Source of the DNA: Gemmatimonadaceae bacterium
GTDB taxonomy: Bacteria > Gemmatimonadota > Gemmatimonadetes > Gemmatimonadales > Gemmatimonadaceae
Reading direction: 5' to 3'
DNA: 64,000 nt
NCBI GenBank assembly: GCA_036273715.1
Contig: DASUHB010000064.1
Location: 46,495-110,494, forward strand
Below the pieces are notes generated by a model. It worked only from the letters and a program-made list of their open reading frames with translations, did not search any database and was not told where the DNA came from. Position 1 is the first letter of the stretch. Each line of letters starts with the position of its first letter. Both the position numbers and the translations under genes were made by a program. Shown one piece after another: positions 36,461 through 44,158 of this stretch.

Positions 36461-36739
36461 ATGATCAACCGTCGCCGTCACGGTGTGGCGCTTGTGATCT
36501 GCTGGATTCTTTCAGCGGCGCTGTTCGTGTTTTTGTTCATCACGTACGACAACACGAAGCTGTCGTACTCGATGTATTTCCCGGGCATGCCGCTCTATGG
36601 CGCGATGACGTGGTGGTTTTTCTTCACCATCCCATTGATTGGCTGGACGTGGGGGTTCTTCAACGACCTCAAGGACTCGATCGAGCCGGAGCCAAGAAGG
36701 GGACCGACGCCGCTGCGTCCCAAGGACGAACATCGATAA
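36461..36739 (+). CDS. Small hypothetical membrane protein
   Basis: 92 aa from ATG 36461 with two hydrophobic segments (VALVICWILSAALFVFLFI, WWFFFTIPLIGWTWGFF). Lower-GC codon usage, followed by a canonical terminator. Confidence 0.45.
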   Translation: MINRRRHGVALVICWILSAALFVFLFITYDNTKLSYSMYFPGMPLYGAMTWWFFFTIPLIGWTWGFFNDLKDSIEPEPRRGPTPLRPKDEHR

Positions 36740-36756
36740 GCGTGGTCGATGAGATC

Positions 36757-36785
36757 GAGCCCGGCGAAGGCCGGGCTCTTTTTTT
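36757..36785 (+). terminator. Rho-independent terminator
   Basis: GAGCCCGGC-GAAG-GCCGGGCTC, a 9-bp GC stem followed by seven T (36779-36785). This is the only canonical stem plus U-tract terminator I found in the window. Confidence 0.8.
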
Positions 36786-36893
36786 GTGTGTGGCGTCGTT
36801 GGGCGGCCGGCGCGAGCAGGTCGGAAAGCCGGCAATAGTGTGTGTAAGTGGTTACTTGCTTTGCTCGTGAGGGCTGGATAGGCTTGGGCCCTT

Positions 36894-37493
36894 ATGGATA
36901 TACGCGAACGGCTGCTGGGCGCCGCGGCCCAGGTATACGCCGAGGCTGGATATCGAGGCGCGACGACGCGGCGCATCGCGCAGCAGGCGGGCGTGAGTGA
37001 AATCACGCTATTCCGCCAGTTCGGGTCGAAAGAAGCGCTGATGCTCGAGGCGTTGACAGCGGCGAGCCGCACGGCGGTGTTGGCGCTGCCGGACGTCCCG
37101 ACGGATCCGGTGCGGGAGCTCGCCGAGTGGAGTCGCGGGCGATTCGAGACGCTGTTTCGAATTCGGTCGCTGCTGCGGAAGGTGATGTCCGAGGTGGAGG
37201 AGCATCCCGAGATCATCAATTGCGCCAAGAGCTATCCGCGTCATCCGGTGAACTTCCTCGAGCAATACGTGCGGCGGTTGCAGGAGCGCGGTTGGGCGGC
37301 CGGCGACATCGATCCGAGGGTCGCAGCGGCAATGCTGGTCGGCGCGATTTTCACGGAGGCAATGGTGCGGGACATGATACCGGAGGTTTACTCGTACGGG
37401 ATCGAGGAGGCGCTCGACGGCTACGTGCGATTGTTCCTGCGCGCGATCGGCTGCGATGCGGGCGCGGCGGCCGTCGCGGTGCGGGAGACGTGA
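36894..37493 (+). CDS. TetR family transcriptional regulator
   Basis: N-terminal HTH LLGAAAQVYAEAGYRGATTRRIAQQAGVSEITLFRQFGSKEAL. The stop overlaps the start of the efflux operon. Confidence 0.85.
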   Translation: MDIRERLLGAAAQVYAEAGYRGATTRRIAQQAGVSEITLFRQFGSKEALMLEALTAASRTAVLALPDVPTDPVRELAEWSRGRFETLFRIRSLLRKVMSEVEEHPEIINCAKSYPRHPVNFLEQYVRRLQERGWAAGDIDPRVAAAMLVGAIFTEAMVRDMIPEVYSYGIEEALDGYVRLFLRAIGCDAGAAAVAVRET

Positions 37494-39118
37494 GCGCGCA
37501 TCGGTGGCACGCGGTTGCGTGGGGTGCGGCGCTGGCGGCTGCCACGGCGGTGCCGTTAGGCGCGCAGGCGGCAGACTCGACGCGGCGCATGTCGCTCGAT
37601 GACGCGCTCACGCTGGCCGAGTCGCGGAGCGAAGACGTTGCGATCGCGCAGGCTGGGGTAGAGCGCGCGCGCGGCCAGGAGACGAAGGCGCATAGCGGAT
37701 ACTGGCCGCAGATCTCGGGTTCGCTCTCGTACACGCGAACGCTCAAGTCGATCTTCCAGAACTTTGCGATCGATACGACGGGGGCGCCGCCGTCGTGCGA
37801 CACGTTTCATCCGAATCCCTCGGCGCCGTTGGACCAGCGGGTTGCGTTGCTCGAGCAGGCGTTCGGGTGCGCGCCGTCGTCGGGCAATCTGTTCAGCGAA
37901 TTCTCGAGCGTGGGGTTCGGATCGGCGAACCAGTACACGCTCGGGTTGTCGGTGACGCAGAACCTGTTCTCGGGCGGGCGCGTCGGCGCGCAGGTGAAGG
38001 AGGCGGGTGCGCAGCGGGAGACGGCCGCGATCGGCCTAACGGCGGCGCGGGCGCAGCTGATCCTGCAGGTGACGCAGGCCTACTACGACGCCGCGTTGAG
38101 CGACCGGCTGCTCGAGATTGCCGTGGCGACGCTCGCGCAGGCGGACACGACGCTCTCGCAGACGCGTCTGGCGAAGAACGTCGGCAATCAGCCGGAGTTC
38201 GATCTCTTGCGTGCGCAGGTGACGCGCGACAACCAGGTGCCGGTGGTGATTCAGCGCCGCTCGAGCCGGGATCTCGCGTACCTGCGGCTCAAGCAAGCGC
38301 TCAACCTGCCGCTCGACCAACCGGTGGCACTGACGACCGCGTTAGGCGACACGGGATCGGCCGTGTCGACGCGGTTGGCGTCGCTGCTCGCCGCGACGCC
38401 GGACACGACGTCGGCGCGTCGCGCGCCGGTGCGGGAAGCGGACGAGGCGGTGGTCGCGGATCGCGCGGCGCTCAGGGTGGCGAAGGCGCAGCGCATTCCG
38501 TCGCTGACGGTGTCGTCGCAGTTCGGGCGCGAGGCCTTTCCGAATTCCGGGTTTCCGGATTGGAGCCAGTTCCGGTCCAACTGGACGGTGACGGGCGGCA
38601 TCCAGGTTCCGCTGTTCACGGGCGGCTCGATTCACGGCGATGAAATGATCGCCGAGGCGAATCTTCGGGAGTCGGAGGCGCGCGAGCGTCAGACGCGCCA
38701 GCTGGCGGCGCTCGACACGCGGGACGCGGTGTCGCAGCTCGAAGCGGCGCAGGCGCAGTTCGCGGCGAGCGAGGGCACGGTGGAGCAGGCGGTGCAGGCG
38801 TATCGAATCGCGGAAGTGCGGTATCGGGAGGGTATTTCGCCGCAGACCGAGCTTTCGGATTCGCGGATTTCGCTGCAGCAGGCGCAGGCGAACCGGGCGC
38901 AGGCGGCGCGCGACCTTCAGGTGGCGCGGGTGCGGTTTGCGTTGCTGCACGATCTGCCGATTTCGGCGAGCGTGGCGCCTAACGCCGGGACGATGACGGC
39001 GCCGCAGCAGCCGGCGCAGTCGCTGACCGTGCCGCCGGTGATGACGGTGATGCCGGCGCAGCCGGCGCCGGGCGTGCTGACCAACACGTCGCCTAACCCA
39101 TCGGGAGGACCGCTATGA
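37490..39118 (+). CDS. TolC-like outer-membrane efflux protein
   Basis: GTG 37490 overlaps the tetR TGA. Signal peptide, then duplicated OEP repeats (LSLDDALTLAESRSEDV..., YYDAALS..., AEVRYREGIS). Pro-rich C-terminal tail. Confidence 0.8.
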   Translation: MSAHRWHAVAWGAALAAATAVPLGAQAADSTRRMSLDDALTLAESRSEDVAIAQAGVERARGQETKAHSGYWPQISGSLSYTRTLKSIFQNFAIDTTGAPPSCDTFHPNPSAPLDQRVALLEQAFGCAPSSGNLFSEFSSVGFGSANQYTLGLSVTQNLFSGGRVGAQVKEAGAQRETAAIGLTAARAQLILQVTQAYYDAALSDRLLEIAVATLAQADTTLSQTRLAKNVGNQPEFDLLRAQVTRDNQVPVVIQRRSSRDLAYLRLKQALNLPLDQPVALTTALGDTGSAVSTRLASLLAATPDTTSARRAPVREADEAVVADRAALRVAKAQRIPSLTVSSQFGREAFPNSGFPDWSQFRSNWTVTGGIQVPLFTGGSIHGDEMIAEANLRESEARERQTRQLAALDTRDAVSQLEAAQAQFAASEGTVEQAVQAYRIAEVRYREGISPQTELSDSRISLQQAQANRAQAARDLQVARVRFALLHDLPISASVAPNAGTMTAPQQPAQSLTVPPVMTVMPAQPAPGVLTNTSPNPSGGPL

Positions 39119-40251
39119 CGCCGCTCGGGCGGCGGCGCTACGGATGGGCGGTGCGCGGTGGCGCGGTGGTGGCGTCGGCCGCGATCGTGGTCGCGTGCCG
39201 GGGCAACGGCGCCGCGCGCGCGTCGGCGCCGGCGGCCGTCGAGGTGGGGCGCGAGAACGTCGCGGTTGCGGCGGTGGAGCAGCTGCAGAGCGGGCCGGCG
39301 GTCTCGGGAACGCTGGAGGCGCGGCAAACTGCGACGCTGCGCGCGGAGGTGGCGGGACCGGTCCTGCAGACGTACGTGGACCGGGGCCAGTCCGTTAGGC
39401 GCGGCGCCTTGTTGGCGCGCATCGACGACACCGCGCTCCGCCAGGCGGCGTTGTCCGCGCAGTCTGCGGCGCGCTCGGCCAAGCTGTCGTTGGACAATGC
39501 GCAGCGGAACCTGGATCGGTCGGCTGCGTTGGAGAAGGCCGGTGCGATCGCGGAGCGCGATCTGGAATCCGCGCAAAGCGCGCTCGCGGCCGCGGCGGCG
39601 GCGAACGAGGACGCGCAGGCTCGGCTCACGCAGGCCCGGCAGACGCTGGACAAGACATTCGTTCGCGCGCCGTTCGACGGGCAGGTGAGCGACCGCCAGG
39701 TGAGCGCGGGCGACGTGGTGCAGCCCGGCACGGCGCTGATGACGGTGATCGATCCGGGGAGCATGCGCCTCGAGGCGTCGGTGCCGTCGGAGCAGATTGC
39801 CGCGATCAAGCGCGGCGCGCCGGTGCGGTTCACGGTGTCGGGATATCCGGGGCGGACGTTCGTTGGGCACATCGAGTTTGTGAGTCCGGCCGCCGATCCC
39901 GTGACGCGGCAGATCAAGATCGATGTGACGATTCCGAACGACCGGAGCGATCTGGTGGCGGGATTGTTCGCGCAGGGGCGCGTGGCGTCGGAGACGCGGA
40001 CGGCGCTGGTGGCGCCGCTCACCGCCGTGGACCAGCGCGGCGTGACGCCGGCGGTGCTCCGCGTGAAAGGCGGCCGCACGGAGCGGGTGGCTGTACAGTT
40101 AGGCATGCGCGACGACGTGCGCGGCGTGTACGAGGTGACGGCGGGGCTGTCGGCGGGCGACACCCTGCTCATCGGGGCGGCCCAGGGCATCACGCCCGGC
40201 ACGCCGGTCAAGATCCTGCTGTCGTCGGATTCGACGGCGGCCGGTCGTTAG
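39115..40251 (+). CDS. Efflux RND transporter periplasmic adaptor (membrane fusion protein)
   Basis: ATGA overlap with the tolC-like gene. HlyD/AcrA-type lipoyl, coiled-coil and beta-barrel segments (RAPFDGQVSDRQVSAGDVVQPG). Confidence 0.85.
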   Translation: MTPLGRRRYGWAVRGGAVVASAAIVVACRGNGAARASAPAAVEVGRENVAVAAVEQLQSGPAVSGTLEARQTATLRAEVAGPVLQTYVDRGQSVRRGALLARIDDTALRQAALSAQSAARSAKLSLDNAQRNLDRSAALEKAGAIAERDLESAQSALAAAAAANEDAQARLTQARQTLDKTFVRAPFDGQVSDRQVSAGDVVQPGTALMTVIDPGSMRLEASVPSEQIAAIKRGAPVRFTVSGYPGRTFVGHIEFVSPAADPVTRQIKIDVTIPNDRSDLVAGLFAQGRVASETRTALVAPLTAVDQRGVTPAVLRVKGGRTERVAVQLGMRDDVRGVYEVTAGLSAGDTLLIGAAQGITPGTPVKILLSSDSTAAGR

Positions 40252-40266
40252 GCACGCGGGGCGGTC

Positions 40267-43200
40267 ATGTTCATTTCCGATTTTGCCATCAAGCGGCCCA
40301 TCGTCACGATCACGGTGATCCTGGCGCTCGTCGCGTTCGGCGTCGCGTCGTTGTTCCGGCTGCAAACGGACGAGTTCCCCGATATCCAGCAGCCGATGAT
40401 CGCGGTGAGCATCTCGTATCCCGGCGCGTCGCCCGACGTGGTCGAGCGCGAGGTCGTGGATCCGATCGAAGATGCGTTCTCGTCGATCACGGGCATCGAT
40501 TGGCAGCGCACGACGTCGACGTCGACCGACGGGCTGGCGCAGTTCCTGGTCGTGTTCGACTACGACAAGGACATCCAGCAGGCGTCGCAGGACATACGCG
40601 ACGCGATCTCGTCGAAGCGGGAAGATCTGCCCACCGAGATGAAAGAGCCGGTACTGAGCCGGCTCGATCCGAGCGAAATGCCGGTCGTGTCGCTCACGCT
40701 CACGTCGTTGACCATTCCGCCGGCGACACTGACGCGCATTGCCGATCCGGGCATCGTGCGCGACTTGCGCGCGGTGCCGGGCGTGGGCGAAGTGACGGTG
40801 GCGGGCGGCATCAAGCGCGAGATGACGGTGCAGGTCCACCCGAGCGATTTGCAGGCGAACGGCGTCAGCATCGCGGAGGTGGTGCAGGCGATCGGGCAGC
40901 AGAATCTGGCGGCTCCGGTCGGGCGGTTGAACAGCGCGCTGGAGGAGCAGTCGATCCGTCTCAAGGGGCGGCTCGAGGACGCGCAGGATTTCGCCAACCT
41001 GGTCGTCGCCGAGCGCAAGGGCGCGGTGATTCGGTTAGGCCAGGTGGCGTCGGTGTTCGACGGCACCGAGGAAGCGCGCACGAGCGCCATGTTCAACGGG
41101 CGCGAGGCCGTGGGTATCGACATCAAGAAGTCGAAAGGTTACAGCACGACGGCCGTCAGCAAAGCGGTGCTCGAGCACGTGGCGCGTTTGCAGCGGACGC
41201 TGCCGGCGGGCGCAAAGCTGGAGGTCGTGCAGAATGCCGGCGAACGCGTGCAGCACGCGGTGTCCAACGTCGAGGAGGCGCTGGTCGAGGGAGCCCTCCT
41301 CACCGTGCTGGTGGTGTTCTTCTTCCTGAATTCGTGGCGATCGACGGTGATCACCGGGCTGGCGTTGCCGGTGAGCGTGCTCGCGTCGTTCATTGCCGTG
41401 TGGGTGTTCGGCTTCACGCTGAACACCATGTCTCTGTTAGGCCTGTCGCTTGCGATCGGCATTCTGATCGACGATGCGATCGTGGTGCGGGAGAACATCG
41501 TGCGGCACATCGAGATGGGGAAGAACCATTACGAGGCGTCGCACGAGGGGACCAACGAGATCGGGCTGGCGGTGGCGGCCACGACGTTCTCGATCGTCGC
41601 GGTGTTCGTGCCGGTGGCGTTCATGTACGGTCTGGCCGGGCAGTGGTTCAAGCCATTCGCGCTCACGATCGCGTGCGCGGTGCTCGTCTCGCTGTTCGTC
41701 TCGTTCTCGCTCGACCCGATGCTGTCGGCGTACTGGGCGGATCCGCAGGTGGAAGCGCATCAGCACCGCGGGTTCGTCTCGCGGCACCTGGAGCGATTCA
41801 ACGCATGGTTCGAGCGGATGGCCGACGGCTACAAGCACGTGATCGGGTGGGCGCTCGACCATCGCGCGGCGATGATCGGATTGGCGTTCGTGAGCTTCGC
41901 AGGCGCGATCGCGCTCGTGGCGAGTCAGAAGGTGGGCGCGGAGTTCGTCCCGGTGAGCGACCGGAGCGAGATCGACTTCATCATCCAAACGCCGCCGGGC
42001 TCGAACCTCGAGTACACGAAGCTCAAGGCGGAGGAGGCGGCGGGGATCGCGCGCGCGCATCGCGAGGTGGCATACACGTACACGACGGTCGGCACGGAGC
42101 TGATGGGCAGGGCGCCGGGCGTGGATCAGGCGCAGGTGTACGTGCGGCTCGTCCCCAAGGCGGGCCGGTCGCTGAGCCAGGATCAGTTAGGCGAGATCCT
42201 GCGGCGCGAGCTGCAGCGCATCGGCGGCGCCACGCCGTCGGTGTTCACGAGCGGCTTCGGCGGCTCGATAAAGCAGATTCAGATCCAGATCCGGGGCAGC
42301 GACCAGAGCGTGTTGCGGACGTTTGCCGAGCAGGCAGCGCGGGTGTCGGCGCGGGTACCGGGGGCGGTGGACGTCGGATTGTCGGTGCGCGGGCAGAAGC
42401 CGGAGCTCGAGGTGCAGGTGAATCGGCCGCTCGCCGGTTCGTTAGGCATAACGGTGGACCAGGTGGCGCAGTCGCTGCGGCCGGCGTTCGCGGGGCTCAA
42501 GGCCGGCGACTGGGTGGATCCGTCCGGCGAGACGCGCGACGTGACGGTGCGGCTGTCGCCGGAATCGCGGGAGCGGGCGGCGGACCTGTCGCGGCTGCCG
42601 CTGGTCGTGGGCGGTGGACCGGGCGCGGCGCCGGTCACCATTCCGTTAGGCCAAATCGCAACCGTGACCGAGGGCGTCGGGCCGGCCGAGATCCAGCACC
42701 TGAACCACGAGAAGGTGGTGAGCGTGGAGGCGAACGTACAGGGGCGGCCGCTCACCGAAGTGTCGAAGGAGATGAACGCGCGCATCGCCAAGCTCGAGCT
42801 GCCGGCGGGCGTCGACATCACGCAGGGCGCGCAGGCGCAAGACCAGGCGGAGGTCTATGGCCGCATGGCGATGGCGTTAGGCATCGCGATTCTGCTGATG
42901 TACCTCATCCTCGTCGTCCAGTTCGGCTCGTTCCTCGATCCGATCTCGATCCTCGTGTCGCTGCCGCTGTCGCTGATCGGCGTGGTCCTGGCGCTGCTCG
43001 TGACCGGCAGCACGATCAACATCATGAGCCTGATCGGCGTGATCCTGCTCATGGGGATTGTGGCGAAAAACGCGATTCTGCTCATCGATTTCGCGAAGTG
43101 GGCGCGCGCGCGGGGCCTTCCGCTGCGCGAGGCGTTGATCGAGGCGGGCCGGATCCGGCTGCGGCCCATCATCATGACGACGCTGGCGCTGATCGCGGGC

Positions 43201-43431
43201 ATGCTGCCGGTGGCCATCGGGTTCGGCGAGGGCGCGGACTTCCGGGCGCCGTTGGGCCGGGCGGTGATCGGCGGCGTGATCACGTCGACACTGCTGACCT
43301 TGTTGGTCATCCCGACCGTGTACGAGATTCTCGAGGGGTGGAAGGGAGCGTTGGCGGAGCGCTTCTTCAAGCGGCGCGGCACGGGCGAGTTCGCGGTGCC
43401 GAACGCCGAGCCGGCGCACGGGGACGACTGA
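40267..43431 (+). CDS. Efflux RND transporter permease (AcrB/CzcA family)
   Basis: 1054 aa with the typical N-terminus FAIKRPIVTITVILAL, a 12-TM architecture, and LSLAIGILIDDAIVV and GIVAKNAILLIDF motifs. Confidence 0.92.
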   Translation: MFISDFAIKRPIVTITVILALVAFGVASLFRLQTDEFPDIQQPMIAVSISYPGASPDVVEREVVDPIEDAFSSITGIDWQRTTSTSTDGLAQFLVVFDYDKDIQQASQDIRDAISSKREDLPTEMKEPVLSRLDPSEMPVVSLTLTSLTIPPATLTRIADPGIVRDLRAVPGVGEVTVAGGIKREMTVQVHPSDLQANGVSIAEVVQAIGQQNLAAPVGRLNSALEEQSIRLKGRLEDAQDFANLVVAERKGAVIRLGQVASVFDGTEEARTSAMFNGREAVGIDIKKSKGYSTTAVSKAVLEHVARLQRTLPAGAKLEVVQNAGERVQHAVSNVEEALVEGALLTVLVVFFFLNSWRSTVITGLALPVSVLASFIAVWVFGFTLNTMSLLGLSLAIGILIDDAIVVRENIVRHIEMGKNHYEASHEGTNEIGLAVAATTFSIVAVFVPVAFMYGLAGQWFKPFALTIACAVLVSLFVSFSLDPMLSAYWADPQVEAHQHRGFVSRHLERFNAWFERMADGYKHVIGWALDHRAAMIGLAFVSFAGAIALVASQKVGAEFVPVSDRSEIDFIIQTPPGSNLEYTKLKAEEAAGIARAHREVAYTYTTVGTELMGRAPGVDQAQVYVRLVPKAGRSLSQDQLGEILRRELQRIGGATPSVFTSGFGGSIKQIQIQIRGSDQSVLRTFAEQAARVSARVPGAVDVGLSVRGQKPELEVQVNRPLAGSLGITVDQVAQSLRPAFAGLKAGDWVDPSGETRDVTVRLSPESRERAADLSRLPLVVGGGPGAAPVTIPLGQIATVTEGVGPAEIQHLNHEKVVSVEANVQGRPLTEVSKEMNARIAKLELPAGVDITQGAQAQDQAEVYGRMAMALGIAILLMYLILVVQFGSFLDPISILVSLPLSLIGVVLALLVTGSTINIMSLIGVILLMGIVAKNAILLIDFAKWARARGLPLREALIEAGRIRLRPIIMTTLALIAGMLPVAIGFGEGADFRAPLGRAVIGGVITSTLLTLLVIPTVYEILEGWKGALAERFFKRRGTGEFAVPNAEPAHGDD

Positions 43432-43450
43432 TTTCGCTCGGGGGACGACG

Positions 43451-44158
43451 ATGGAACTGAAGAACGCGAAGGTCCTGGTGACGGGTGGCAGCTCGGGGAT
43501 CGGGTTGGCGACGGCGAAGCGCCTGGCGTCGGCTGGCGCGAAGGTGGCGATCTGCGGACGCAATGGCGAGCGGTTGCGCGCGGCGGCCAAGTCGGCAGGC
43601 GCCGTGGCGATCGAGGCCGACGTAAGCCGCGAGGCCGACGTCGCGCGGCTGGTCGAGACGGCGATCCGGGAGTTAGGCGGGTACGACACGCTGATCAACA
43701 ACGCCGGATTCGGCCGGTTCGCACCGCTGATCGACATGACGGCGGCCGACGTCCGGAGCGTGTGGGAGACGAACGTGTTGGGCGCGATGCTGGTGGCGCG
43801 GGATTCGGCGCGCCACTTCGTGCGACAGCAAGGCGGCAACATCGTCAACGTGGTGTCCACGTCGGGACAGCGCGGTGGGGCGAACGGGACGGCCTACGCG
43901 TCGAGCAAGTTCGCGCTCGCCGGCCTAACGGACGTGTGGCGGACGGAGCTGCGGCAGTATGGCATTCGGGTGATGCAGATCAATCCCAGCGAGGTGCTCA
44001 CCGAGTTTCGCTCGAACTCGGGGCGGCCCGGTGGCGGCGAGAATCCGACCAAGCTGCACGCCGAGGACATCGCGGACGTGATTGCGAGCATGTTGATGCT
44101 GGACGACCGCGTGTTGGTGAAAGACGTCACCGTATGGGCGACGAACCCGAAGGACTGA
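43451..44158 (+). CDS. SDR family oxidoreductase
   Basis: TGGSSGIGLATA cofactor motif, NNAG, and the catalytic YASSKFA. Confidence 0.85.
   Translation: MELKNAKVLVTGGSSGIGLATAKRLASAGAKVAICGRNGERLRAAAKSAGAVAIEADVSREADVARLVETAIRELGGYDTLINNAGFGRFAPLIDMTAADVRSVWETNVLGAMLVARDSARHFVRQQGGNIVNVVSTSGQRGGANGTAYASSKFALAGLTDVWRTELRQYGIRVMQINPSEVLTEFRSNSGRPGGGENPTKLHAEDIADVIASMLMLDDRVLVKDVTVWATNPKD

Noticed and set aside
40500-43460. Very long alternative-frame and antisense ORFs in the six-frame track. Examples: 40500..43460 (986 aa), 10529..12196 (555 aa), 8551..9747 (398 aa), 27026..28258 (410 aa), 52635..53801 (388 aa), 60350..61561 (403 aa) and 54..1259 (401 aa).
   Set aside because: They are Arg/Ala/Gly/Pro-rich, low-complexity translations typical of off-frame reading of high-GC DNA. 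They lack recognisable motifs, and each fully overlaps a gene with clear family signatures in another frame.
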